Assembly (NCBI GenBank): GCA_965215185.1
Contig: OZ244034.1
Location: 2,816,001 to 2,880,000, forward strand
Direction of reading: 5' to 3'
From: Acidimicrobiia bacterium
Lineage (GTDB): Bacteria; Actinomycetota; Acidimicrobiia; Spongiisociales; ZC4RG35
DNA: 64,000 bases
Of this stretch, positions 48,554-58,062 are shown piece by piece. Numbering within the stretch: the stretch's first letter is position 1; every line of letters begins with the position of its first letter. The notes under the pieces are model-generated. The model saw only the letters and a program-made list of their open reading frames with translations. It was not told the DNA's origin and did no database searches. Made by a program: the position numbers and the translations under genes.

Positions 48554-49528
48554 ATGATGGTGACCGAACTGTCGTCCGTCGGGTTGCTGGCTCAGGCCGA
48601 ACACAGCCAATTGGCGGGGACTTTGGTCAGCGGTCTTTCGTTGGGAACCATCTATGCCCTGCTGGCGATGGGGTTCGTGATTATTTTCAAAGCCACCCAG
48701 GTGGTGAACTTCGCCCACGGCGCCTTGGCCACGGTGGGGGCATTCATCACCGCCGGGGTGGCGGTGGAACTCAACTTCCCCGGCCGCTTTATCGATGTCC
48801 ATCCCCTTCTGGGATGGTCGATCTCCGTGATTGTGGCGCTGCTGCTCTCGGCGCTGCTGGGCATCCTGTTGGAAAGGGTCTTTCTGCGTCCCATGGTGGG
48901 AGAGGCCCTTTTCTCGGTGGCCATTGTCACCTTGGGTATCAACGCCATATTGATGACCATCGTCACCGACTACATCGGGCCCGATCCCCGCTCCATGGCA
49001 GACCCTTGGGGGTCTGCGACCTCCGATCTGGGGTTTGTGATCATAGCCCATACCGAGATCGCCCAGTTTGTGGTGGCTGTGGCGCTGGTGCTGCTGGTGG
49101 CCGTCTTTTTTCGTACCCGCACCGGCATCGCTATGCGCGCCACCGCTTTCGATCAGGAGGCAGCCCGCGCCCAGGGGATCAGGGTGGGCGCCATTTTTGC
49201 CATTGCCTGGGCGATCGGGGCGGTGTTGGCCACGGTGGGTGGGATCTTCGGGTCCGTTTATCCCCGGCGGGTTGGGGTATACCCCGACACCGCTCTCTTA
49301 GTCTTCCGGGCTTTCCCAGCCATCATTTTGGGAGGCCTGGATTCGGTGGTGGGGGCGGTGGTGGGAGGATTGGCGGTGGGAGTGGCCGAGGCTGCTGCGG
49401 GCAGCTACCTCAACCACCCGTTGTTCGGCGCTGGCTTCAGTGGGATAGTTCCCTATCTGCTGATGATGATCGTGCTGTTCATTCGTCCCTACGGGATCTT
49501 TGGAACTAAGGAGATCAGACGCGTATGA
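48554..49528 (+). CDS. LIV-type ABC transporter permease (LivH-like)
   Basis: 'G..YALLAMG..IFKAT.VVNFAHG', 'GIAMRATA', 'ILGGLDS'. Confidence 0.92.
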   Translation: MMVTELSSVGLLAQAEHSQLAGTLVSGLSLGTIYALLAMGFVIIFKATQVVNFAHGALATVGAFITAGVAVELNFPGRFIDVHPLLGWSISVIVALLLSALLGILLERVFLRPMVGEALFSVAIVTLGINAILMTIVTDYIGPDPRSMADPWGSATSDLGFVIIAHTEIAQFVVAVALVLLVAVFFRTRTGIAMRATAFDQEAARAQGIRVGAIFAIAWAIGAVLATVGGIFGSVYPRRVGVYPDTALLVFRAFPAIILGGLDSVVGAVVGGLAVGVAEAAAGSYLNHPLFGAGFSGIVPYLLMMIVLFIRPYGIFGTKEIRRV

Positions 49529-50766
49529 GAGGCCGTCCCCACCTCTACACGTCTTACTCTGCCGATCAGGCGCTGATGCCCACGGCCGTCAAAAAGACCG
49601 CGTTAGCCATCCTTTTGGTCTTGGCGGCGCTGGCGCCGTTCGCATCCAGCATTCCCCTCTACCCGGATGTTCTGGGGGACAACGACTGGATGAAACTGTT
49701 TTCGCATGTCGCGATCTTTGGAATCGGGGCGCTGGGCATCAATCTGCTCACCGGGGTTGCCGGTCAGGTCTCGCTGGGCCATGCCTTTTTCATGGGGGTC
49801 GGCGCCTATGTGGGAGCGGTATTTGGTTCTCCTCCCGGCGATTTGTGGGGATGGGGCCTGCCCATGTGGATATGGCTTCCCATGGCGGCGATTATTCCGG
49901 CTGTGATCGGACTGCTGGTCGGCCCGGCGGCCGTGCGGGTTAGAGGTCTTTATCTGGCGTTTGCCACTCTGGGGCTGGTTTTCATCGGTGAATGGGCGTG
50001 GCGCAACCTGAAGTTTGTCTCCGGAGGGTCCTTTTCCGGACGGAAGTTCCCCAAGTTCGAGTTTCGGTTGTGGAAGGAGGAGAAACCGCTGGTGGATTTC
50101 TCCTCTGACGGGCTTTGGCTGGGGTTCGAGATCAGCGAAGAGGCCAAGATATATGTTCTGATGCTGGGGTTATTGGTGGTGGCCACGCTAGTGGCCAAGA
50201 ACCTGCAGCGCACGCGGGCGGGCCGCGCCTTCCAGGCCATCCGCGACCGCGATATCGCCGCGGAAGTTATGGGTGTAAACGAGTTTCGCTACAAGCTGAT
50301 GGCCTTTGGGATTTCCTCGGCTTATGCAGGGGTGGCGGGCGCCCTATTCGCCTCCTTCGTGGGACGTCAGATCCCCGAGACCTGGGATCTCTTCCTGTCG
50401 GTGGAGTTCATCGCCATCATCCTGATCGGTGGAGCGGGTACCGTCTCGGGCGCCTTGATGGGGTCGGCGTTCGTGATCCTCCTCCCCCGTCTGGTCCAAG
50501 ACTTCACTGATTGGTTGAGCGGGGTGATCGAAAGCGGCGACGGGATCCTGGCCAGCGCCGCCGATGTGGCTATCGCGGTGGGCCCCGACGATTTCGGACT
50601 GGTGAACATACTTCCCGGCACAGGGCCCGGTTTAACGGTGTTCCAACTCAACCAGGTCTTATTCGGTTTGTTGATCATCTTGTTCATGATCTTTGAGCCT
50701 TTGGGTTTGTACGGCATCTGGCTGCGGATCCGTAACTACTGGAAAGGATGGCCGTTTACCTATTAG
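49525..50766 (+). CDS. LIV-type ABC transporter permease (LivM-like)
   Basis: 'GQVSLGHAFF', 'RGLYLAFATL', 'GRAFQAIRD', 'FEPLGL'. Confidence 0.92.
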   Translation: MRGRPHLYTSYSADQALMPTAVKKTALAILLVLAALAPFASSIPLYPDVLGDNDWMKLFSHVAIFGIGALGINLLTGVAGQVSLGHAFFMGVGAYVGAVFGSPPGDLWGWGLPMWIWLPMAAIIPAVIGLLVGPAAVRVRGLYLAFATLGLVFIGEWAWRNLKFVSGGSFSGRKFPKFEFRLWKEEKPLVDFSSDGLWLGFEISEEAKIYVLMLGLLVVATLVAKNLQRTRAGRAFQAIRDRDIAAEVMGVNEFRYKLMAFGISSAYAGVAGALFASFVGRQIPETWDLFLSVEFIAIILIGGAGTVSGALMGSAFVILLPRLVQDFTDWLSGVIESGDGILASAADVAIAVGPDDFGLVNILPGTGPGLTVFQLNQVLFGLLIILFMIFEPLGLYGIWLRIRNYWKGWPFTY

Positions 50767-50860
50767 TGGTGATTTCTATGAATAGATCATTCGGCGGAGT
50801 TCTAATCTTTTGCCTATGACACAAAACAACAAAAGCAAACGATTCGATAAGGAGTAAAAC

Positions 50861-52288
50861 ATGAAGACCAAATTCAAATGGTTGGCCATCCTTATGGCGT
50901 TCACCCTGATAGCGGCTGCCTGCGGGGGAGGAGACGACGAGGCGGAGACGGCCACGACGGCTGCTCCTGCCACGACAGCTGCTCCTGCCACGACAGCTGC
51001 TCCTGCCACGACAGCTGCTCCCGAGGAGACCATGGAAGAAGAGACCATGGAAGAAGAAATGGACATGATGATCGCCACCGATATTGGTGTTGATCTCGAC
51101 GCTGGTGTTATCAAGGTGGGAATGCTTTCCGACCTGACCGGCGCCTTCGGAGGTCTGGTGGGCCTGGTTGTGGCGGGTGCCAACACCTTCTGGGCTGATG
51201 TCAACGCCAAGGGCGGAGTACACGGCCTTCAGGTGGAAATGGTTTTCCGTGATACCGTGTATTCGGTTGACAACCATGTCCAGTTCTATGAGGAACTCAA
51301 GGATGAGGTAGTGGCGTTCGGTCACTCAACCGGATCTCCGCACACCGTGGCAATCCGTGAGGACCTGGAGGAAGACGGCATTCTGGCCATCCCTCTCACC
51401 TGGTATTCGGGCTGGTCGGATCCGGCTTTGAACGCCAACCTCCTTTCCCATGGGACGCCCTACTGCCTTGAGGCGATGAATATGGTCGGGTATTTGCACG
51501 ACTTAGCGGTGGCAAACGGCGCGGCCAGCCCGACTATGGCGGTTGCCTCTTTCCCCGGCGACTACGGTCTGGACTCGGCGGCGGGCGCCAAAATAGCGGC
51601 TGAGACTCTTGGCATGGAAGTGGTCTATGACGGCTCGGGTCAAATTATTCCCGGTCAGGACAATGCTCCCATCGGCAACGCCATCGCTCAGAGCGGCGCC
51701 GACATAGTGTGGGTAACGGCCAACGCCGCCACACTCACCGAGGTCTATGGCGCAGCCATTTCGCAGGGATTCGAGGCGATGTGGTCGGGTGCGGCGCCCA
51801 CTTGGAGCGCTGCGTTCGTGGCGCCTGATTCCCCCATCAAGGATGCGGTGACCCGCGACTACTACGGGGGCACCTACTTCCCGCCCATTATCGACGACAC
51901 TCCCGGTATGCAGGCTCTGCGTGACCTGCTGGACCAGTACGCTCCTGACGTTCCCCGTATCGACTACATCATCGAAGGATTCGTCGAGGGAATGATCCTG
52001 TTCGAGGCTCTGAAGATTGCCTATGAGAACGGCGATATGACCCAGCGCGGGGTGCTGGCCGCGGCCAAGACCATCGAAGAGGTGGACTTTGGCGGGATCG
52101 CTCCCAACGAGAGTTACGTGGGCAGCCCCAACGAGCGTCTGCAACGTTCGATTTGGGTCAATCGTCCCGATCCAGAGGCCCTGGCGGCCGGGTTGACGGC
52201 CACCGGAACCAAGGTGATCGAGGCTAACTACACGCACCCGATTGCAGCTGCGTACGTATTCGAAGAGGCTTGCTACAAGCTCTCATAA
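50861..52288 (+). CDS. LIV-type ABC substrate-binding lipoprotein
   Basis: Lipobox 'LIAAAC', 'IKVGMLSDLTG', 'NAKGGVHG', 'DYG'; TAAGGAG SD. Confidence 0.9.
   Translation: MKTKFKWLAILMAFTLIAAACGGGDDEAETATTAAPATTAAPATTAAPATTAAPEETMEEETMEEEMDMMIATDIGVDLDAGVIKVGMLSDLTGAFGGLVGLVVAGANTFWADVNAKGGVHGLQVEMVFRDTVYSVDNHVQFYEELKDEVVAFGHSTGSPHTVAIREDLEEDGILAIPLTWYSGWSDPALNANLLSHGTPYCLEAMNMVGYLHDLAVANGAASPTMAVASFPGDYGLDSAAGAKIAAETLGMEVVYDGSGQIIPGQDNAPIGNAIAQSGADIVWVTANAATLTEVYGAAISQGFEAMWSGAAPTWSAAFVAPDSPIKDAVTRDYYGGTYFPPIIDDTPGMQALRDLLDQYAPDVPRIDYIIEGFVEGMILFEALKIAYENGDMTQRGVLAAAKTIEEVDFGGIAPNESYVGSPNERLQRSIWVNRPDPEALAAGLTATGTKVIEANYTHPIAAAYVFEEACYKLS
50951..51022 (+). repeat. 4 x 18-bp tandem repeat (ATTAAP) in the lipoprotein linker
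   Basis: gccacgac(a/g)gctgctcc(t/c) x4, followed by 2 x 15-bp gagaccatggaagaa (51026-51055). Confidence 0.95.
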
Positions 52289-52299
52289 ACACCAAGTGA

Positions 52300-52339
52300 C
52301 CAGGGCCGGTTTACCCACAGATGGGTAAACCGGCCCTGG
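52300..52339 (+). terminator. 18-bp perfect stem-loop after the SBP gene (mRNA stabiliser or partial terminator)
   Basis: ccagggccggtttaccca-caga-tgggtaaaccggccctgg; no U-tract. Confidence 0.7.
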
Positions 52340-52369
52340 CGCCCACTAGTCCGGACATAGGGATCAGAC

Positions 52370-53158
52370 ATGCTGGAAGTATCCAACCTGGAAGTCGTCT
52401 ACAACGATGTCGTTCTGGTGCTCAGGGGCATCTCCCTGGAAGCGCCGGACGGTTCGATCGTGGCGTTGCTGGGCGCCAACGGGGCAGGAAAGACCACCAC
52501 CGCCCGGGCAATCACCGGTTTGTTGGATGTCCATGAAGGAGATATCACCAAAGGTTCTGTCCGCTTCGAGGGAAAGGACATAACCCACACTCTGCCCTCG
52601 CAGAGGGTCCGGATGGGCATCAGTCAAGTGATGGAGGGCCGTCGCATCTTCGTAGAACTGACAGTGGATGAGAACTTGGCGGCCGGCGCCTACATAAGCC
52701 GCAACCGAAGCGCCACCCGCCAGGCCCGTGACCGGGTGATGGAGCTCTTTCCCGCTCTGGCCGACCGACGCAATCAGGTGGCGGGATACATGTCGGGAGG
52801 AGAACAGCAGATGCTGGCCATCGGCCGGGCGTTGATGCAATCTCCCAAACTGATGATCCTCGATGAGCCGTCCCTGGGGTTGGCGCCGTTACTGGTGCAA
52901 CGGATCGCCGAGATCATCGTGGAGATCAATCGTCAGGGAACGGCGGTGCTCCTGATCGAACAGAACGCTCACATGGCGCTCTCCATTGCCAATCATGGCT
53001 ATGTGATGGAAAACGGAAAGATGGTCATGGACGGCGCCGCCGAGAAACTCCAAGCCGACGAGGATGTGCAGGAGTTTTATCTCGGTTTGCATGGTGGCGA
53101 GCGAAAGTCGTTTAGGGATGTCAAGCATTACAAACGCCGAAAGCGGTGGCTGTCATGA
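52370..53158 (+). CDS. LIV-type ABC ATPase (LivF-like)
   Basis: 'GANGAGKT', 'EGRRIF', 'SGGEQQMLAIGRAL', 'DEPSLGLAP'. Confidence 0.93.
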   Translation: MLEVSNLEVVYNDVVLVLRGISLEAPDGSIVALLGANGAGKTTTARAITGLLDVHEGDITKGSVRFEGKDITHTLPSQRVRMGISQVMEGRRIFVELTVDENLAAGAYISRNRSATRQARDRVMELFPALADRRNQVAGYMSGGEQQMLAIGRALMQSPKLMILDEPSLGLAPLLVQRIAEIIVEINRQGTAVLLIEQNAHMALSIANHGYVMENGKMVMDGAAEKLQADEDVQEFYLGLHGGERKSFRDVKHYKRRKRWLS

Positions 53159-53964
53159 GTGAAACCAAAGGGGCGCCTCCCCTCTTGGAGGTCAGCGATA
53201 TCAGCCTTTCCTTTAAGGGACTAGTTGCCTTGCAAGATGTGTCGTTCCACGTCACAGAAGGGGAACTGTTCTCCATTATCGGTCCCAACGGAGCGGGAAA
53301 GACCTCGATCTTCAACTGCATAAACCAGGTCTACCGTCCTCAAGAAGGGTCGATTCTCTGGAAGGGCGAATCTCTGATGGGACTGAAGCCCAACCAGACC
53401 GCCGAGCGGGGCATTGCCCGTACTTTTCAGAACATCGAACTCTTCGCCCACATGACAGTGATGGAGAACATCCTGTCCGGTCGGCACATTCGCATGAGCC
53501 ACGGGTGGTTGGCTGGGGCGTTGTGGTGGGGTCGAGCCAGGCGAGAGGAACTTGAAAACCGTTTCAAGGTGGAGCAAATCATCGATTTTCTCGAGATTGA
53601 ACGGTGGAGGAAATATCCGGTGGGGCTACTTCCCTATGGAGTGCAGAAGCGGGTGGAGTTAGGCCGGGCTCTGGCCATGGACCCAGAGTTGCTGCTGCTT
53701 GACGAGCCGGTGGCGGGTATGAACCTGGAGGAGACCGAGGACATGGCCCGGTTCATCCTGGATATACAGGACGAGTTGGGAATCACCATGATTCTGGTGG
53801 AGCACGATATGGGTTTGGTGATGGATATCGCCGACCGGGTGATGGTCCTCGATTTCGGGCGCAAGATCGCGGAGGGGCTCCCGCGTGAGGTGCAAACCAA
53901 TGTCGAGGTGATCAAGGCCTACTTGGGCACAACGGGGGACGCACCGATGTCCCGTCTCGATTGA
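53155..53964 (+). CDS. LIV-type ABC ATPase (LivG-like)
   Basis: 'GPNGAGKT', 'ARTFQN', 'LPYG.QKRVE', 'DEPVAGMN', 'EHDM'. Confidence 0.93.
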   Translation: MSETKGAPPLLEVSDISLSFKGLVALQDVSFHVTEGELFSIIGPNGAGKTSIFNCINQVYRPQEGSILWKGESLMGLKPNQTAERGIARTFQNIELFAHMTVMENILSGRHIRMSHGWLAGALWWGRARREELENRFKVEQIIDFLEIERWRKYPVGLLPYGVQKRVELGRALAMDPELLLLDEPVAGMNLEETEDMARFILDIQDELGITMILVEHDMGLVMDIADRVMVLDFGRKIAEGLPREVQTNVEVIKAYLGTTGDAPMSRLD

Positions 53965-54016
53965 ACCCGGCCCGGCGTCGACAGCCTCTGTCCACCATGT
54001 GCGAGGGAGAACAGCG

Positions 54017-54373
54017 TTGATTGAAGAGCAGGTGGTGGGGGTTTTCGACGCCGACGGAGGGTGGATGGGAGAACTCCGATACGTGCTGGGGTTGGTTGTC
54101 GGCGGCAAGCATTGCTCACTGTGTGACATCACCCATGGTTACAACCCGTGGGGACGCAGAGAATGGAAGAGAGTCTGCGCAGATGCTCCCTTCGAAATCC
54201 GGATGATCCATCGGGATCGGGCGCATGTCTCCCAACGGGAAGCAGCAGGCGCCCTGCCGGCCGTCATTGCAGGAAACGGCGAAACTTGGCGATTGCTGGT
54301 TGGCTCAAGCGAACTGCAAGATTGCGCCGGTGACGCCGTTCAATTGATGGCTCTGATTCAAGACCGCCTGTAG
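54017..54373 (+). CDS. Hypothetical protein with CxxC motif (possible thioredoxin-like fold)
   Basis: 'GVFDADGG', 'HCSLCDITH', 'LPAV'; GAGGGAG SD before TTG. Confidence 0.65.
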   Translation: MIEEQVVGVFDADGGWMGELRYVLGLVVGGKHCSLCDITHGYNPWGRREWKRVCADAPFEIRMIHRDRAHVSQREAAGALPAVIAGNGETWRLLVGSSELQDCAGDAVQLMALIQDRL

Positions 54374-54391
54374 AAAATCCCTAAGAGTTCC

Positions 54392-54991
54392 TTACTGGTT
54401 CCGGTTGGTAAGGCGCCAGGCGGCGGGGAGCAGCAGGCCAGCGGCGTAGGCCTTGATCGTGTCACCCAGCAGAAAGGGGACAACCCCCAACTCGACAGCG
54501 GTAACCAGATCCATGTCGGCGGCTGCCATCAGACCGACTACCCCGAAGATGTAAATGATCAGGCTTCCTGTCAGAAAGGCGGTCACCGCCGAAGGGACAC
54601 GACGGTCATGACGGCGCTCGGCCAGCTTACCCACCAAGGCGGCTGCCACCACGAACCCGAACAGGTAGCCACCGCTGGTTCCGAAAAGCACGTCGGTCCC
54701 CGACGCCCCGTTGGCATAAAACGGCATGAAGGTTCCCAGCAACAGGTACAGGATCTGACTGGCGCCCCCCGCCCACATGCCCAAAGCCGCTCCGGAGAGC
54801 AGCACCGCGAAGGTTTGGCCGGTAATGGGCACCGGGGTGAAGGGGAGCCTGATGGTGAACTGGGCAAAGAGAGCTGTCAACAGTGCAAACCCCGTCACCT
54901 GGATCACCCAGACCCCCGCCGTTGATATAGCGCCATACGACCGCGGAACCCGGGCTGCCAGTACTTCATGATGGGGGGTGAAAAAAGTCAT
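54392..54991 (-). CDS. bioY: Biotin transporter BioY
   Basis: 'PFTPVPITGQTFAV', 'GGYLFGF', 'PFLLGD.IK'. Confidence 0.93.
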   Translation of the reverse strand: MTFFTPHHEVLAARVPRSYGAISTAGVWVIQVTGFALLTALFAQFTIRLPFTPVPITGQTFAVLLSGAALGMWAGGASQILYLLLGTFMPFYANGASGTDVLFGTSGGYLFGFVVAAALVGKLAERRHDRRVPSAVTAFLTGSLIIYIFGVVGLMAAADMDLVTAVELGVVPFLLGDTIKAYAAGLLLPAAWRLTNRNQ

Positions 54992-55020
54992 TTCCGCTCC
55001 TTGTCGAGATTGGTGTTTTG

Positions 55021-55042
55021 ACCTGAACTTTGATAATCAGGT
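55021..55042. promoter_or_regulatory. Inverted repeat ACCTGA-N10-TCAGGT upstream of bioY (candidate operator)
   Basis: About 30 nt upstream of the bioY start; ACC-N16-GGT spacing as in BirA-type operators. Confidence 0.4.
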
Positions 55043-55101
55043 TACCGGAGAATGCCCCGTCCCTTTGTGTCGGGAAGGGATATACGCTTGGGGGGAAAGT
55101 C

Positions 55102-56133
55102 ATGACCGGTCCTGTCTCTCCTGCTCCCCCTGCTACCCATCCCCGGTGGCTCTCCCTTCTATGGACGGTGATCGTTTTGGTGTTGGTGATCCCACTGGGC
55201 TGGATTATCAATCTTCCCTATTTTTCGGCCTCCGCCGGCCCCACCGGCGACGCGGTGGACGCGGTGATCGTGGAGGATGATTTCCCGGTGTTCCAGCCGG
55301 AAGGGGAACTGCTGCTTCTTACTGTTAGCTTGCAAACGGTGAATGTCTATGAGGCCGCGGTGGCCTTTTTCGACCGCAAGGTCGATCTGATCGAAAGAGA
55401 GTTGCTCCGTCCCCAGGGGGAGACCGACCAGCAGGCGCGCCAACGGGGCCTGCAGGCCATGGAGAGGTCCAAGGACATCGCGGTAGCAGTCGCCCTCAAC
55501 GAACTCGGATTGGAGGAGACTCTGGCCGAAGGAGTAGAAGTGGTAGGAGTTTTTGATGAATCACCGGCATTCGAGACGCTTTTGAATGGCGATCTGGTGG
55601 TAGAAATGGAGTCAGAGCCGATTCGCACCGTGGGTGACATTCGCCGGATACTGGAGAGCCGCCGACCGGGGGACCAGGTAGATGTGACGGTGATTCGCGG
55701 CGAAGAGATTCTCCCTCTCCGCCTGACGCTGCACGCCAACCCCGATGCTCCCGACCGGGCGATGGTGGGGATCAGCGCCTCCACTGCATATCCGATCAAG
55801 ATCGATTCAGCCAACTATGGCGGGCCATCTGCAGGGATGATCTACACCCTGGCGGTGATCGACCTCTTGGAAGAGGGAGACCTGACCAATGGAAGGGTGG
55901 TGGCCGGCACCGGTACCATCAGCATGGACGGGTCGGTGGGCGCCATCGGAGGTATTCGGCAGAAGCTGGTGGCTGCCGAGGCGGCCGGTGCCGATGTAGT
56001 GCTGGTTCCCAGAGACAACTACGATGAGGCCATCACCGCCCCGGTGGATGTGGAGATAGTGGCGGTCGAATCCATTTCGGAAGCGGTAAGTTATCTTCGG
56101 CAAGGTAAGACAGGGATAATCGAGACACCATGA
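55102..56133 (+). CDS. PDZ + Lon C-terminal (S16) protease, YlbL-like
   Basis: N-terminal TM, PDZ region 'SPA..L..GD.V', 'GGPSAG', 'AGTGTI', 'IGGIRQK'. Confidence 0.9.
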   Translation: MTGPVSPAPPATHPRWLSLLWTVIVLVLVIPLGWIINLPYFSASAGPTGDAVDAVIVEDDFPVFQPEGELLLLTVSLQTVNVYEAAVAFFDRKVDLIERELLRPQGETDQQARQRGLQAMERSKDIAVAVALNELGLEETLAEGVEVVGVFDESPAFETLLNGDLVVEMESEPIRTVGDIRRILESRRPGDQVDVTVIRGEEILPLRLTLHANPDAPDRAMVGISASTAYPIKIDSANYGGPSAGMIYTLAVIDLLEEGDLTNGRVVAGTGTISMDGSVGAIGGIRQKLVAAEAAGADVVLVPRDNYDEAITAPVDVEIVAVESISEAVSYLRQGKTGIIETP

Positions 56134-57254
56134 ATTTTTCTTTCACTGAGGAACAAGAGGAGTTGCGCCGCTACACCCGGCAGTGGCTGGATGAGAACTG
56201 CCCGCTGGAGACCGTGCGCCACCTGATGGACACAGACCGAGGCTATGACTCCCGGCAGTGGGCAATGATCGCCGAAATGGGCTGGCAGGGTATGGCCATT
56301 CCATCACAATGGGGGGGAGCGGGTTTCAGCTTCCTGGAGTTGTTCGTGCTGCTGGAAGAGCAGGGACGGTCTCTGTTCTGCGCGCCGTTTTTCTCCACGG
56401 TGGTGATGGCCGCCACTGTTGTGGAGGAAGCCGGTGACGAACGGCAGAAGCAGGAGATACTGTCTGCCATCGCGGCGGGGAAATTGGTGGCGACAGTGGC
56501 TTTTACCGAGCCGAACGGACGCTGGGACGCCGATGGAATAACCGCCCAGGCCCAAGCCCGGGAGGGAGGAGGGTGGACATTGAACGGGACCAAGAGTTTT
56601 GTGCTGGACGGGCACATCGCCGATTTGCTGGTGGTGGCGGCCCGCACCGATCAAGGAGTTTCGCTGTTCCTGGTTCCGGCCGGGGTGGAAGGCCTGCACA
56701 GGAGTCGCTTGCAGACTATGGACCAGACTCGCAAACAGGCCGAGGTGGAGTTGGCGAATGTGGAATTGGGCGCCGATGCCCTGCTGGGTCCCGATGGGGG
56801 CGGATGGCCCGTTTTGGAGAGGATGATGGAGATGGCGGTAGTGGCGCTCTCCGCCGAGCAGGTAGGCGGTGCCCAGGCCTGCCTGGAGATGGCGGTTTCC
56901 TACGCCAAAGTCCGAAAGCAATTCGGCCGGCCCATCGGCTCCTTTCAGGCCATCAAACATAAGTGCGCCGACATGCTGGCCCAGGTGGAGGCGGCTCGGT
57001 CGGCGGCTTACTATGCAGGATGGGCCGTGAGCGAGGACAACGAAGAGCGGTCGCTGATGGCCGGTCTCGCTAAATCATATTGCTCCGAGGCCTACTTTTC
57101 TTGCACAGCCGAGAACATTCAGATCCATGGTGGGATCGGCTTTACCTGGGAGCACAACGCCCATCTGTACTTCAAGCGGGCGAAGAGCTCGGAGCTGCTA
57201 TTCGGCGACCCCTCTCTGCACCGGGAAAAGATCGCAATCCAACTGGGTCTCTAA
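56130..57254 (+). CDS. Acyl-CoA dehydrogenase
   Basis: 'FTEEQEELR', 'AFTEP', 'R.QFGRPIGSFQAIKH', 'QIHGGIGFTWEH'. Confidence 0.93.
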   Translation: MNFSFTEEQEELRRYTRQWLDENCPLETVRHLMDTDRGYDSRQWAMIAEMGWQGMAIPSQWGGAGFSFLELFVLLEEQGRSLFCAPFFSTVVMAATVVEEAGDERQKQEILSAIAAGKLVATVAFTEPNGRWDADGITAQAQAREGGGWTLNGTKSFVLDGHIADLLVVAARTDQGVSLFLVPAGVEGLHRSRLQTMDQTRKQAEVELANVELGADALLGPDGGGWPVLERMMEMAVVALSAEQVGGAQACLEMAVSYAKVRKQFGRPIGSFQAIKHKCADMLAQVEAARSAAYYAGWAVSEDNEERSLMAGLAKSYCSEAYFSCTAENIQIHGGIGFTWEHNAHLYFKRAKSSELLFGDPSLHREKIAIQLGL

Positions 57255-57268
57255 TCGGCGGGGCGCAG

Positions 57269-57730
57269 ATGTCGGGGTTCACCGCTGTTGCCTTGGGTGG
57301 GTTTTTGGTTGGGGTATTCCTGTTCTTGGTGGCGATATTGATGTGGCAGGAGGCAAAGCGGCGACGGGGGAGAGGGGAGGTTATCTACGTCATCTCCGAT
57401 GCCCTGCAACACATACGAAGCAACCTGACCCCCCAGGTGTGGGAACGAGTAGGCGAGGCCGGGATACAACGCATCATCGAGTGGGAGATCTTCTACTTGC
57501 AGGGCCTTGCCCAGAAAAACCGCCGTTTGTCGGTGGAGACAGTTGCGGGTGGCTCGGAACCCTCCATCACCTACATATCCCGGCAGATTGCCAAGCGGCA
57601 CCGCATTGAGATACCCTCTGATGACATCCGCGCGGTTTTGGAATTGGAAGCCGAATACCTGCAATCCATCGGCGCGGTCGGGTCGAGGATCGACCCGGTG
57701 GCGCAGGTGACCGGAGAGGAGAAAGGCTAG
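57269..57730 (+). CDS. Hypothetical single-TM protein
   Basis: N-terminal hydrophobic helix, 'LELEAEYLQSIGAVG'; tightly packed in operon. Confidence 0.7.
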   Translation: MSGFTAVALGGFLVGVFLFLVAILMWQEAKRRRGRGEVIYVISDALQHIRSNLTPQVWERVGEAGIQRIIEWEIFYLQGLAQKNRRLSVETVAGGSEPSITYISRQIAKRHRIEIPSDDIRAVLELEAEYLQSIGAVGSRIDPVAQVTGEEKG

Positions 57731-57735
57731 AACAA

Positions 57736-58062
57736 ATGAGAGTCAGATGCGGCGCTTGTCGCTCCATGGTCACTATCACCCGTCCCGGCCGTTTTTCGTG
57801 CCCGCAGTGTGGCGCTCTCAATCAGGTGAAGGGCCCGGCGCCCGGTCCAGGAGGCGGCCCGAGGCCCGGCCCACCAGACCGAGGCCCCGCCCCGGAGGGA
57901 TACCCAGGAGTCCATCGGACCGGACCCCCACCCGCCCCTGCTGAAGCTCCGTCTCCGCGGATTTCTTGTCCGCAGTGTCTATTCAGTTTCATTGTGGGTT
58001 CCGTCCAAACCGCCATTTGTCCCAACTGCCGGGCGGAAGTGCCCTTACCGGACAATTCTTGA
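57736..58062 (+). CDS. Double zinc-ribbon protein with Pro-rich linker
   Basis: CGAC..CPQC, Pro/Gly linker, CPQC..CPNC; stop overlaps the next start (TGATG). Confidence 0.75.
   Translation: MRVRCGACRSMVTITRPGRFSCPQCGALNQVKGPAPGPGGGPRPGPPDRGPAPEGYPGVHRTGPPPAPAEAPSPRISCPQCLFSFIVGSVQTAICPNCRAEVPLPDNS

Noticed and set aside
50951-51055. CRISPR-like repeat
   Set aside because: Contiguous in-frame coding repeat with no spacers and no cas genes
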